The notes under the pieces are model-generated. The model had not been told where the DNA came from and did not search any database. It saw nothing but the letters and a program-made list of their open reading frames with translations. A stretch of DNA of 64,000 nt from Squalus acanthias (lineage: Eukaryota): NCBI GenBank assembly GCA_030390025.1, contig CM059433.1, positions 4,836,001 through 4,900,000 on the forward strand, in the 5' to 3' direction. Positions 48,401 to 61,822 of the stretch are shown here, piece after piece; position 1 is the stretch's first letter; the number at the start of each line of letters is the position of its first letter. Made by a program: the position numbers and the translations under genes.

Positions 48401-49029
48401 ATAGGCGTTTTTTTGAATTTCATACCCTGGATCGTTTTCATTTTCTTGTGAGCAATATTTGTGCAACAGTTCAGGTTAGTTTGCTACACTGAGGCTGTAG
48501 TATTTCCCATGACTAGAAAATAATCATTCTAAAAGCATTAGCCTAAAGAATAAACAAACCAAAAATGTTGCATTCTTTGGCCTGACATTTCAAAATCAAA
48601 TGTATAATACCCAGGTGTGTTTCAATATGATAAAGCAATAAATATATTTTATCGACACTATATCAGAGAAAATTGCCTATTTGTAAGATTAACTATTCCT
48701 GGCAAGTCAAAATGACTGTTTTCTGAAGTGCTCATGTTTTCTTTGAATAACTTGATAATATATGTACAGAAAGGTGACAAAAGACAATTTGGCCCATCCA
48801 TTAGATCAGAGGTTTCAAAATTGGGGGGGGCGCCAAGATTATCGGGAGGACAAGGAGGATGGGCTAGCCAAGAACAAGGGCCACTGATACAGCATCGCAT
48901 AGCCAGAGGAGGTGCATTATGGGCCGATTTCAGCACCGTGCAGATGTTCGAATCTCTGCTGATTTCTGCAAGTGGACGTTGTCCAAAGTCCACTTCTAGA
49001 ATTAGTCGAGGATGTGGACGTTGGCTGAT

Positions 49030-49410
49030 GGGTATCATTATGTGAATATGACTGTGTCAGGCCGTTTCTTGATTAGTCTGTGGGACAGCTCTTCCAACTT
49101 CGGCGCAAGTCCCCAGATGTTAGTGAGGAGGACTTTGCAGGGTCGACTGGGCTGGGTGTAACTTTATCATGGCCTGATCTGATTCCTAGGTTGCAACCGA
49201 GTGGTGTGTCTGGTTTTATTTTTTTTCTGGCAGTTTGATGCAGCTGAGTGGCTTGATAGGCCATGTCACAGAACAGTTAAGAATCAACCACGTTAGTGTG
49301 GGATTGGAGTCATATATAGGCCAGACTGGGTAAGGACGGCGGATTTCCTTCCGTAAAGGACATTAGTGAACCAGTAGGGTTTTTACGGCAATCAGACGGC
49401 TTCATGGTCA
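49030..49410 (-). mobile_element. CR1 family A endonuclease-region fragment
   Basis: AGTCGACCCTGCAAAGTCCTCCTCACTAACATCTGGGGACTT on the minus strand, typical of the start of this ORF2. Confidence 0.55.
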
Positions 49411-50409
49411 CAAATGCTCCAACTGGCATGGTGGGATTTGAACTGGTGTTTCCTGGATTATTAGTCCAAGCCTTTGTATTAATCCAGTAATACAACCCCT
49501 AAGCTACCATACACGCTTTATCCATTATACTTAAAAAAAAACACACAAAAATCTGCTTTCACTGCCTCCTGGATAGGCAAGTCCATGTTTATCACCTTTG
49601 CGTGAAGACATTATATTGTAACTGTATTCACTTTTGCTCGTTTAACTCTGAATCCATATCCCCTTCTCCAAGAGCTTGTGTTAAGATTGAACATCTTTCT
49701 GGGATCTAGTTATTCTATTCCTTTGAAAATGTTTACTACTTCAATAAGGCCACCTTTAAAATGCTTTTTTTCTAATGTAAACATCTCTATTACTCTGTCT
49801 TTTCTTATGGTTCAGGTGCTCAGTCACATTTATCAATGGTTGCCCTTCTTTGTACTTTTTCCACGTACTACTTGAAATTCTAAGACTAAGAATTGCATTA
49901 TGCAAGACAAAAATTTATTGTTGAATTCTAGTTATTTGGACAATAGACAGTGTTTAATTGCTTTCTTATTCAGAAGGAAACGTGTACTTGTTTTAGAAAC
50001 TATTGTAACTGCATCATTATTTACAATTTTAATTTTAAACCACAATTGTAATTTACAGTTAAATTATGGAATGCAGTGATGTTGCTTTTGATTATAAAAT
50101 GATGGAGGGGGATAATTTAGAAGCGCGTTTAATGAAATGAAATTTGGTAATTTTTGCTGAGGATAGCACAGGCACTATGACAGAAAAACGGTCCAGAAGG
50201 TGCTTGCAGAAATCTAACTCAATATCTGAGGATTGAATCTGGTCTCAGCAAATTGGCTTGTGTCACAGTTTGTGATTCAGGGGTTATTTTTCCCCCCATG
50301 AATAGGACCCAGATGAGCTGTCTTAATGTGTTTTGGAAAAAAGTTGCCTAATGGTTAATAGCTTCCCAGACAACCTATGTTGGGTTGGCGAGCCATTTCA
50401 ATGTGGACA

Positions 50410-50622
50410 AAAAGCAAAATATTGCAGCTGTTGGAAATATGAAACAAAATGAGAAAACGCTGAAAATATTCAGCATGTCAGTCAGCATCTGTGGGGAGGA
50501 TAAGAGTTGACATTTTGGGTACAAACTCTGAGGAAGGGTTTATACCCGAAACATTGACTCTTGTCCTCTCCACAGATGCTGCCTGACCTGTTGAATGCTT
50601 CCAGTGTTTAGTGTTTTCTGAT
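50410..50622. mobile_element. Degenerate Penelope-like inverted pair with hammerhead remnant
   Basis: Inverted arms around CTGAGGA-A-GGGT-TTAT-ACCC-GAAACATT (50528-50555). Confidence 0.7.
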
Positions 50623-51499
50623 TGAAATGTGGGATGGGTAGTTGTTTTGAACAAATCCCAATTGATGGTCAATTTGTTAGCAACTTCTGGCATTCAGGAA
50701 GACATCTAGCACCTTCGTGTTGACATACTCTTTTGATCTTTGTGGACCAGCGAATAGAGGCTTATTAAACAGCACACAGTCAGTCAGCTAGGCAGTGTCC
50801 TGTTAAAAGGGAGTTTGTATTTTTACGTTCAGTGAAGAACCCACCAAAGTAGGCTGACAAACAGAAGTTGAACTGATTGTAGCAAGTGGCTTGCATCATA
50901 CTTTGCATGTTTTACCTACTGTGGAATAAAGCAGTTTACAAACCAAACAATGCCTCACCTGGTGTTAACTTAGTGTGCTTTTGTAGAGATTAAAGGAGTG
51001 CACTTATCAGGAGATTTTAGCAGGGATTACTTTCTGTGGAAAGTGCTTTTCTATTTTCTCTCTGGAGGTGGAGGGGGGCGGGGAGCGGACGGTGGTTAGG
51101 AGGAGGCAGGACTGTTGACATTTTAACAAAAGTCACTAAATATATAATTTTCCTAATAATAGATACTAGGCATATTTGGAACAAAATATCCTTCCCTTTT
51201 CTTCTGTTTCCAACCCCCTCCCCCAATCCAAAATCTTTACTACTTCAGTTTAAGTGAGCACTATTCTCAAATATCCATAAGGGTTTAAAAAATATTATAC
51301 TTTTCTTTTACTTTTGTTTCCTCATCTCTTCTAAAGACATTGCCCTATGTTGGTGTACTGTTCCATAAGTGTCATCAGCCTTCCTGTACCTTTCTCAAGT
51401 GGGCATTCTTCATATGTGAGTGTTGGAGGGGTTCAATCACATCCAACTTTGATCCTGTCCTCATTTGTGCATGTTTTCTGGTAGGGATCTCTGATTTTT

Positions 51500-51811
51500 T
51501 TTTTTATTCGCTTACGGGATCTGGGCGTCACTGGCAAGGCCAGCAGTTTATTGCCCATCCCTAGTTGCCCTTGAGAAGGTGGTGGTGAGCCGCCTTCTTG
51601 AGCCGCTGCAGTCCGTGTGGTGAAGGTACTCCCACTGTGCTGTTGGGTAGGGAGTTCCAGGATTTTGACCCAGCGACAATGAAGGATCGGCGATATACTT
51701 CTAAGTCAGGATGGTGTGTGACTTGGAGGGGAACTTGGAGGTGATGGTGTGCCCATGCGCCTGCTGCCCTTGTCCTTCCAGGTGGAAGAGGTCACGGGTT
51801 TGGGCGGTGCT
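51500..51811 (-). mobile_element. CR1 family A 3' end
   Basis: Reverse complement of about 10160-10460 including the A tail. Preceded by an AmnSINE2-like piece (about 51305-51495). Confidence 0.88.
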
Positions 51812-52580
51812 GTATTTGGGTGAAGTGTGTCGGTGAGTGTGGTGCAATGTGTTTGGGTGATGTGCCAGACATGGTTAAATAGCTGGCAGTGTATGCAAGG
51901 CTTAAGATGTGGGTGTGAGGCTTGCAGCAGTGGTAAGTGTGTGAGGGCGAGGTGAAGCTATGAATCTGAGGTTTTAGTCGTGATTGACCGAGATTGTGTT
52001 GGTAAGTGAGTGATGGGGGTGTGGTGCATTGAGCAGTGTGTGAGGCTAGTGGTGCAGTTGGTGGTAGACAGCTTTTGAAGATGCATTCACTGACGTTGAC
52101 CACTCGTGTGAGGCCATTGAACTTCTTTCGGCACTGGATCCAGGTCTTCTGGACAAGACTGCTGGCAGTGACCACTTTGGCTATCTGCTCCCACTGCCTT
52201 CTCTCTCTGTCGAGAGGGCCTCCTGCCCCCCTGGGGGTGGAGGACCTGTCCCCTCATTTCTACCCCCTGCACTAAGGTTCTACTGCTGCGTCCAAGAACC
52301 TTGGTGCTCTTGAAGAATGCACCTCACCTTTTAAGAGGTGCAGACTGTGTTTAAGATGTGGAGGCTAGCTTTAAATCGAACTAGCCTCGCACGAACTTGA
52401 GCCCCCTGCTGAGTGCTCAGCCACTCAGCAGCGAGCATAGCACTGGGCTGATCACCGCAATCATGGTAATTAGCAGGTAGCATGAAGGTCGCATGCTGCC
52501 TGCATTACTTTGAACGGGTGCAGGCTAATCGTGCATTGCGATCCCCATGCTCATTTCATGCCTAATCGAATTTTTAGCCC
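51812..52580 (-). mobile_element. PIF/Harbinger transposon end with a Myb/SANT-like gene relic
   Basis: Frameshifted RAPRFLDAAVE/VQGVEMRGQVL../RQWEQIAKVVTASSLVQKTWIQCRKKFNGL. Terminus GGGCTAAAAATTCG at 52580-52567. Confidence 0.78.
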
Positions 52581-52659
52581 GTAGTATTCAACCCTTGCCA
52601 CAAACTCTAAAGACAGTGTCCAGTGACACCACTGTGTCAGCCAATGACTTGGAGGTAGG

Positions 52660-52905
52660 CGGAACATAGGAACAGGAGTAGGCCATTGAGCCCCTCGAGC
52701 CTGTTCCGCCATTCAATGAGTTCATGGCTGATCTGTGACCTAACTCCATATACCCGTCTTTGGCCCATATCCTTTAATACCTTTGGTAAACAAAAAGTTA
52801 TCAATCTCAGATTTAAAGTTAACAATTGATTTAGCATCAATTGCCGTTTGCGGAAGAGAGTTCCAAACTTCTACCACCATTTGTGTGTAGAAGTGTTTCC
52901 TAATT
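52660..52905 (-). mobile_element. CR1 3' end
   Basis: GAACATAGGAACAGGAGTAGGCCATT tail. Mirrors 63460-63722. Confidence 0.85.
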
Positions 52906-53189
52906 ACATTCTGGGACTTGCAGCAAACAAAGTCTGTTTACTCAGCAGAGTCTATTTAAAAAGAGTCTCTACGAACTACAGCAAACAGAATTCATGCCCG
53001 AAACTACAACAATGTCTCCCGATTTTAAAAACAGTTATTTCTTCTGCAAAATGCAGGGAGTGGAGGATAGTTACATACTGTAATACAAATTATGTGCATA
53101 AAATCAATCCCAGTCACTTGCAGCTGTGTGATTGATCGGGGCAATTCCCCAATCTTCATTCTGATCAGGAGTAATGGTGTCACTATATG

Positions 53190-53893
53190 TAGTCAACTCT
53201 GGACACTCGCCACCGACTCTGTCTCCCTGCCCAGCTATTATCTCAGGCTGAAGTACTTTTTGCAGTCTCTGTGTCCTGTTCAACTCTGAGCTGAGCTCTG
53301 ACCCCATGTGCTTTCCATTATGAAGACTGCCTGTTTCTACATAACATCGCCTCCTCGTCCTGATCTCCGCCCATCTGCCACTGAAAACCTCAGACTCGAC
53401 TATCCCAAAGCTGTCCTGGCTGACCTCTCATCCTCAACCCTCTGTAAACTTCAGTTTATCCAAAAATCAGCTGCCCCTCTCCTATTCCGTACTAGGCCCC
53501 CCTCACCTATCGCCACTGTCCTTGCTGATCCATGTTGTATTCCATTCCCCTAGCACCTTCAATTTAAAATTCTCATCCTCCTGTTTAAATTGCTTTGTGG
53601 CCTCGCCCCTCTCTCTAACTCCTTCCAGCCTTACATACCCCCCTCCCCAGGGAATTTCTGTTTCTCAGATTCTGGCCTTTTGTGCATCCCCCTTTAGGCC
53701 CCATGCTCTGGAATTCCCTCGATAAACCCCTCCGTCTTTTTAAGACCCTCCTCAAAACACAATTTTTTGGTCATGCCTCCTAGTATCTCCTGCTCTGGCT
53801 CAGTGCCCATTTTTGTTTGATTACACCTCTGAGAAGTGCTTTGGGGCATTATTCTACATTAAAGGTGCTATATACTGTAAATGCAAGTTGTTG
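53190..53893 (+). mobile_element. Old L2 3' fragment
   Basis: Homologous to 24410-25246, with tail AAATGCAAGTTGTTG. Confidence 0.78.
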
Positions 53894-54484
53894 TGTATTT
53901 AGATCAGGTATTTGACAAAATAGCAAATGAAAGAATTTAAACTTTGAAGTCTTCAATGCAAAATCTGTGTTTAGGATTTTTTCTTTTGAATCAGTAATAG
54001 CACAAGACAGATTTTATGTAAGTAGGCATGAAGGTTTTGAAAATGTTATGGTGGACAGACTAATGTGAAATGAGAGATCCCTTAAAAGTTAGAGAAGGAA
54101 ATGACAAACTGAGTATTGTGGCTGTTAATTTGCATGATGCAAATCTTCTACAGTGTTAAAGCCAGTTCTATGCTTCTCAACAATGGGGCTTAACATGCCA
54201 TATTTGAATTTTCCTCATAATTTAATTGCCCATTGGAACACATCCAGGATTAGTCCATCCTATCATTGAAATGTGTCCAGAAATCTTCCTACTGCTACCT
54301 TTGCCTGACTGTAACAGTGGATGTTTTGTTTAAAGATTGGGGAAAACTAAGCTCCTCTAAATACCTTTTAATGTCACATAGTTGTTGCAGCACTTAAAAA
54401 TAAGGCTGTGGAGTTCCAGGATACTGGATCCAGTAACTGGAATGTACATTGGGCCATGCTATGAACCGCTGGTCCAACAATATA

Positions 54485-54987
54485 CAGGAAACTCTTGTTT
54501 AAAAGGCACCTAAATATCCGGAATTCTCTATTAACCGGCAAAATTCAGGAGTAGGTTCAGGTAAGTTTTACTGTATATTAGTGGCCATGTAACTGGGGTT
54601 CCTGGACCTGTGGCTGTGTAACAGGGACTCCTGGATCTGTGGCCGTGTAACCGGGGCTCCTGCACAAGTGGCCGTGTAACCGGGGCTCCTGCACAAGTGG
54701 CCGTGTAACTGGGACTCCTGCACAAGTGGCCGTGTAACCGGGGCTCCTGCACAAGTGGCCGTGTAACCGGGGCTCCTGCACAAGTGGCCGTGTAACCGGG
54801 GCTCCTGCACAAGTGGCCGTGTAACCGGGGCTCCTGCACAAGTGGCCGTGTAACCGGGGCTCCTGCACAAGTGGCCGTGTAACCGGGGCTCTCGTACCTT
54901 GGTAGGTATACATCTCCGTTATCCGGAATTTTTAATAAACCGGCACCATCCCGGTCCCATAGGTGCCGGATACCAAAGAGTTTCCTG
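54485..54987. mobile_element. Tc1/mariner (pogo/Tigger-like) non-autonomous element
   Basis: TA|CAGGAAACTCTT...GGCACC and GGTGCC...AAGAGTTTCCTG|TA, with subterminal TATCCGGAATT and AACCGGCA repeats. Confidence 0.75.
54581..54891. repeat. 29-bp minisatellite (GTGGCCGTGTAACCGGGGCTCCTGCACAA), about 10.7 units
   Basis: Directly visible. The first two to three units are diverged and the remainder nearly identical. Confidence 0.97.
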
Positions 54988-56989
54988 TATACCAAAGGCC
55001 AATGACTTTAATTTTTAGATTCAAAGGCAATTAAGGCAGGTCGTATAAGAGGCTTTCTATATGTGGAAGCGTAATACATTGCGCATATATTTTTGGCTTT
55101 GGCATGCATTTCTTGTTCATTGGACCAGTTGCACTTCCCTACCACTATAGGTAACATACTGATTTTTGTCTTGCGTTCTATTAAATTTGAACAATTCTGT
55201 GGACTGTATGGAGCAAGATGAAGTGTTTTTTTCCTTTTCTGTCTTCCCTCTCGATGTATATATTTCCAATATTAATTGACAACTGATGTAACTTGGAGTG
55301 ACTGCATTTGAAATATTTTGAGATGTTGACAGATGATCTTTACAGAAAGTAAAGATCAAAGTTGGTTTAAGCCCAACTTGTTCTCTGTGAAATATAATAT
55401 GGGGAGCCTCCAGCAGTATTTTCTGCCTTGGCTTTTAAAAATTTTGTGGCACATTACTTTTAAATGTCATATAGTGCTATATGCTCTGGGGTGGTATGGC
55501 TGAATTAACAAGTACTTGAGTAGTCTGACCCTTAACATTTCCGGTATAGTTACTTTCCAGACAGTTGCCATAGGAGAGGATGAAAATGAATTTTACAACA
55601 GTTGGTTTGACATTTTTTGTCTCCTGGGGAAGAAATTATGAATTGGAGTTCATATAACATTGCAAAGAAAGACTTATTATGTAACACTATTTTACTATCT
55701 GCTTTTACATAGACATTTCAAGGTAGTTTTAGCAAAAAATACTCCTCCTAGCCTTAACCGTCAGAAGAAATCTACACAATGACGTGTAAATGTACTGGTG
55801 ATGTACACTTGTACTGTTCCAGCATAAATACCCTTCAGTAATGCTTCCTCCTTTCTTCTTTCCTCCCATGCCCCATCTGTTTTAAAAATGGAAGTCCAGT
55901 GCTATCTGGTGATTTTGAGGCCGTTTTTAACTTTCCCTCTCCGTCTCACAATCACTCTTGAACTTTATCTATCTTTTTTCCCTTTCCTCCCATCACCCAT
56001 TTGCTTCTCAGCTCCACATCCAGTTATTTTACCGTGTTCCTCTTTCCTGTTTACTCAATCACAGTTTGACGTGTTAGCAGGGCTATTCCTATTGGAGAAT
56101 ACTGTGCTTAAACATGGCTTTACATTGCAGCCACCTGATTGTTAGTGGCATCAATCCATTGATCATTCTTTGCTAAATTGTCCCATTAGCAGGTCAAAAT
56201 CCTAGGTGCACTGCCAGTTTGACTGGATGTCTACAGTGGTAATAGTCCCCTATCTTTTCTCCAGAAACATCATGAATAATATGCAACACAACCTAAAGGC
56301 TGTTTATTTGAAGACTTCAAGTCTCTTTTGCAGTTAATCTGGTATAAAAATATTTTGCTTAGCCTACAGCTGTGTTGCTGGACGGACAATGTGATGAATT
56401 GATTCTTTTGGTTTTCTATCTGCCATTCTGAAATATCAAATCTGCAGGGCACCTTGAGTTATTACGAAGGCTTAAAACTTCAAGAGCAGTTATCAGTGAC
56501 TGTAGCCCATGTGGTATTTGACACTGTTTTAGGGGTATTACAAGGTTGCCATTCAAGTGCTCTAGGAAAATGCTAACAGACCAGTGTTGAAGTATTGGTG
56601 TTTACTTTTTGTTTTGTATGTTGGTGTCACATGATGCCACTTATTTTGATCGTGGTAGGCGCAAACAAATGTATAAAAATTAAGTACTTTGTTTCAGGAC
56701 TTTTAGGTGTGCTGATACATGATTACATACTTGAAAGTGTGTTCTTTGTAATATTAAAAAAAATTTGCAGATGACTAACCATTGTTAACAATTGTCATAC
56801 CAGTTGAGGTGTCAAGGTAGGTGGCACTCTGTTGGAAGTCTTCTGAAACTGAAATGTGTGCTTGAAGGAGCAGTGATGCTGTACAAAGCTGTGATACTGG
56901 GATTTAACTGAATAATATAAGACAATATCCTAGTGTGCATGTAAGTTTGTGTATCTGTCTAGATCCTACCCATCACTCCATCTATCACT

Positions 56990-58683
56990 GTGATCATCTA
57001 TCCAATCTATCACTCCATCTATCATCTTTCTCCAGTTTCTCTCCGATCTCCCCTCATGACCTCTTTGTGCTCATTTTGTCTGAGACACCTCCTGCTCCCT
57101 CGACCTTATTCCCACCAAACTGCTGACCACCCAACTTCCTTTTCTGGCTCCCATGTTAGCTGATATTGTTAACAGTTCTCTCTCCTCAGGTACTGTGCCC
57201 CTCTCCCTCAAATCTGCCGTCATCACCCCTCTACTCAAAAAAACGAAACCTTGATCCCTCCGTCCTCGCAAACTACCGCCCCATCTCCAACCTCCCTTTC
57301 CTCTCAAGTCCTTGAATGTGTTATCGCTTCCCAAATCCGTGCTCATCTTTCCCGCAATTCCATGTTTGAATCCCTCCAATCAGGTTTCCGCCCTTGCCAC
57401 AGTACCCAAACGGCTCTCATCAAAGTCACAAATGACATCCTTTGTGACTGTGACAAAGGTAAACTATCCCTCCTCGTCCTTCTTGACTTGTCTGCAGCCT
57501 TTGACCATTCCATCTTTCTCCAACGCCTCTCCACCGTCGTCCAGCTGGGTGGGACTGCACTCGCCTGGTTCCATTCTTATCTATCTAATCGTAACCAGAG
57601 AATCACCTGCAATGGCTTCTCTTCCCGCTCCCGCATCGTTACCTCTGGTGTCCCCAAGGATCTATCCTTGGCCCCCTCTTATTTCTCATCTACATGTTGC
57701 GCCTTGACAACATCATCCGAAAACACAGCGTCAGTTTCCACATGTACGCTGACGACACCCAGCTCTACCTCACTACCTCCTCTCAACCCCTCCACGGTCT
57801 CTAAATTGTCAGACTGCTTGTCTGACATACAGTTCTGGATGAGCAAAAATTTTCTCCAATTAAATATTGGGAAGACCGAAGCCATTGTTTTTGGTCCCCG
57901 TCGCAAACTCCGTTCCCTAGCCACCGACTCCATCCCTCTCTAACATCTGTCTGAGGCTGAACCACACTGTTCGCAACCTTGGTGTCATATTTGACCCTGA
58001 GATGAGCTTCCGACCACATATCCGCAGCATAACAAAGGCCGCCTATTTTCACCTCCGTAACATTGCCCGTCCCCACCCCTGCCTCAGCTCATTTGCTGCT
58101 GAAACCCTCATCCATGCCTTTGTTACCTCTAGACTTGACTCTTCCAACGCACTCCTGGCTGGCCTCCCACATTCCACCCTACGTAAACGAGAGGTCATCC
58201 AAAACTCAGCTGCCCGTGTCCTAACTCGCGCCAAGTCCCATTCACCCATCACCCTTGTGCTTGCTGACCTACATTGGCTCCCGGTTAAGCAGCGCCTCGA
58301 TTTCAAAATTCTCATGCTTGTTTTCAAATCCCTCCATGGCCTCGCCCCTCCCTATCTCTGTAATCTCTTCAGCCCCACAACCCCCCAAGATATTTGCGCT
58401 CCTCTAATTCTGCCCTCTTGCGCATCCCTGATTATAATCGCTCAACCTTTGGTGGCCGTGCCTTCTGTTGCATAGGCCCTAAGCTCTGGAATTCCCTGCC
58501 TAAACCGTCTCCGCCTCACTACCTCTCTTTCCTCCTTTAAGACGCTCCTTAAAACCTACCTCTCACCTGCCCTAATTTATCCTTACGTGGATCGGTGTCA
58601 AATTTTTTTTCTTAAAATACTCCTGTGCAGCGCCTTGCGACGTTTTACTACGTTAAAGGCGCTATATAAATACAAGTTGTTGT
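56990..58683 (+). mobile_element. L2 LINE, 5'-truncated RT and 3' end
   Basis: QSGFRPCHSTQTALIKVTND, LLDLSAAFD, YADDTQL, DLHWLPVKQRLDFKI. Same family as 23960-25246. Confidence 0.93.
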
Positions 58684-59384
58684 GATATGGATGCCATTTT
58701 TGGAGTTTTTGGGTTGCGTAGACTTGTTATTATTAGTAAAAAATAAGCAAGTGGAGTTGCTTTGAAATGATAGGGTAGTTGCAGATACTAGGAATTTTTC
58801 TGTTAGTCAGATAAATGTAACTTTTGCACCATAGGATTTTAATCCTAATGTGCAGTGAGCAATGATCCTAAGCATGCAATGAGGATAAAAATAAACCGAA
58901 AAGTTACTCTAGAAGCTGTCAGTACCAGAGTACACATTATCAAGAACATGTTGACATAGCAACAAAATCTCCAAAGTGGAGCTCAAGCAAAAAAAAATGT
59001 TTGGGAACATTTGGTCTGAAGCATATGTGCACTTTAATTTCCCCCAAAAATCCAAACTAATATAAATGGATTTAATGCACTGATCAGAATATCTGTACCA
59101 ACATTTCAACTGTACCTTCACAGGTAGAGAAAGTTGTTCTTCGAAGAAGTATTTTTTTACTTGCCCTTTATTGAGAATGGAATGACTTTAGATAGTTGCT
59201 TAAAAAATATTAGGGTGCTAGGGAGCAAGCAGTAGAGTGGAATTAAAGTTAGTGGGCTCTTGTGAAGGAAAACATTGGTATAGATGTACTGAGCCAAATA
59301 CCCTGTTTCTGTGCTCTAAAGTGTAGAATTTATTTGTGTATAAGATGGAAAGTATTCTACATATATTTTGACTCTGCGAATTGT

Positions 59385-59578
59385 TATGACCTGAAAGCGT
59401 GGTGGAAGCGGATTCAATAATAACTTTCAAAAGGGAATTGTATAAATACAAAGGGGAAAAATTTGCAGGGCTATTGGGGGAAAAGGCAGGGGAGTGGGAC
59501 TAATTGGATAGCTCTTTCAAAGGCACAGGCACGATGGGCCAAATGGCCACCTGTGCTGCAACAGTCTGTGATTCTATA
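59385..59578 (+). mobile_element. CR1 3' end
   Basis: Matches the reverse complement of 28563-28750. Confidence 0.75.
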
Positions 59579-60504
59579 TTTTCAAAGTACGTGATCTTTC
59601 CAATCTGTTAGAAGTGAACATTATGTTGATTGAAAACAGATAACACATTTTCAATAACAAATTATGTAATCTATGCTTCAAGTGTGTTGTGTAATAATTA
59701 TAGTCAAAAATTAAACAAACAAAACAAATTTGAAGCTAATTCCCATTAAGTGAACAGTAATTCAGCCTGTCCTCCTCGCACCCCCAGTTTGGGAACCTCC
59801 GCTCTAGAGGGCAAGTACTGAAAATAGCTGCTCAACTGATTAAATGTGGAGGCCATAGAGCTTACAGATCATTTTATTGGAAAGACCACTAATGACAGAC
59901 AAATATTGTCATTTTGTGTTTTTATGTATTGCAAACAGATTGTTGAAATATCAAATCTAATTGATATGGACATATCAATGTACTGGTGGCTTTCGTGACG
60001 AATTCACCAGTCCAACCTGGAGTGATCAAAAATTACTATAGATATCAAAGTGGCAAAAGCTTGCAATTAATACAAATAATACGAAGATCAATACTCACTA
60101 AAATTTTCTAGTAACCTTAAATACTTGCTTAACTTTGTCAGGTCTAGCTTTAAACGCAGCAGTGTGAGATCAAATATTTGTGTGATGTTTTTGTATCTGA
60201 TGTGCTGCTGTTCAGCCTGCAAATCACCTGACACTGTTGAAATCAAGCCACATGGTAAAATAACCAAGCACTGAATAACATTCCCATGAACAACTCTCAA
60301 TTTCAGTGCTGAAGATATAAAGTCCTCACTTATGTGCCTTCTGAAGGAACAGTTGAGTTTACATTTTTTTAAAACTTCAGCGATATTTCGTTTTTGGTAT
60401 GGCAATTTGCATAACCCGTCAGATAATCCTAATACTGACGACTGCATGCTTGTGCCAGCTTAACTGCTATGTGTGCATTTTTATTAGTGTATTAAAGTGC
60501 AGCA

Positions 60505-60915
60505 TTTTTTTTTAATCCCTTTCCAGTTTCACCACTCTTTTCCTGAAGGTGTTAACTTCTGCTAGGATGTGGCTTCTTGTGGCCCTCGCATCCTGAATCA
60601 TCCTCTGGCATCCTGCCCAATTGACCATTATTCAGCTGTGAACCTTGATAGTGAATGTGGGCTGGTTGTTGACTAAGGCTTCCTAGCCGAGCATAATCTT
60701 ACACTCTCTCGATGTCACTAAAATACTGGCAGTTCCACTGAAGGTTGCTGCATAGTGATCAGGAGCTGCAACTTCGATTGTGTTTTCTCCCTGCCCTCCT
60801 CCCAACCCAGGAGTGCTGAAGCTATTGGCAGCAATCCTACTGCTACCCCAGCTAATTTGAGACAGTCTGGAGATTGAACCTTCTTGGTTTATCTACCTCA
60901 GCTACTTACTAGACA
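60505..60915 (-). mobile_element. AmnSINE2-like SINE
   Basis: TTTTTTT...CCTGAAGG...AGTGATCAGGAGC...TTTTCTCCCT...CCCAGGAGTGCTGA...CCCCAGCT. Confidence 0.55.
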
Positions 60916-61152
60916 CACATGCTGCACTATTGAGAGGATTTTGTTGATATATTATGCTTGCTGCATGAACTAAATCTTGTATTTAAAAATAGCCTGTAAG
61001 TGTAAAAAGGAATGTTAAAGTACAATGCTGTACAGTTGCTGCAGTTTGTATTTCGAACAGTTATTCAAGGATGTAATAAAGCCTACTTGTTAAAACACTT
61101 TCATCTAGATCCATCTATTGTCAAGATATTCTGAGATTTACTTTGTGATTCA

Positions 61153-61822
61153 ATAACAACAACTTGCATTTATATAGCGCCTTTAACGTAGCAAAACGTC
61201 CCAAGGTACTTAACGAGCTTTATCAATAAAACTTTTTTTTAACACCGAGCCGCAGAAGGAGATATCTGGACAGATGACCAAAAGCTTGGTCAAAGAGGTA
61301 GGTTTTATGGAGCATCTTAAAGGAGGAGAGAGAGGTAGAGAGGCAGAGAACTTTAGGGAGGGAATTCTAGAGCTTAGGGCCTAGGCAGCTGCAGACATGG
61401 CCGCTAGTGATGAAGTGATTAAAATCGGGGAATCGTAAGATGCCAGAATTGGAGGAGCGCAGAGATCTTCAAGGGTTGGAGGAAGTTACAGAGATAGGGA
61501 GGGGCGAGGGCATGGAGGGTTTTGAAAACAAGGATGAGGATTTTAAAATTGAGCTGTTGTTGGAGCGGGAGCCAGTGTAGGTCAGCAAGCACAGGGGGAT
61601 GATGGGTAAGCGGAACTTGGTGAGAGTTCAGATTCGGGCAGATAAGAGTTTTGGATGAGCACAAGTTTATATAGGGTGGAAGTTGGGAGCTCGGCCAGGA
61701 AAACATCGGAATAGTCAAGTCTAGAGGTAACAAAAACATGGATGAAGGTTTCAGCAGCAGATGAGCTGAGGCTAGGTCTGAGTCGGGCGATGTTACGGAG
61801 GTGGAAGTAGGCAGTCTTCATT
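61153..61822 (-). mobile_element. L2 3' fragment
   Basis: TAYFHLRNIARLRP...DLHWLP, with an (AAC)n tail. Confidence 0.88.

Noticed and set aside
54581..54891. CRISPR-like array of 29-bp repeats
   Set aside because: Units are contiguous with no unique spacers, there are no cas genes, and the context is vertebrate.
59776..59808. hAT-like terminus CCCCCAGTTTGGGAACCTCCG (a similar one lies near 48807)
   Set aside because: Solo short ends with no matching partner or 8-bp TSD that I could verify.
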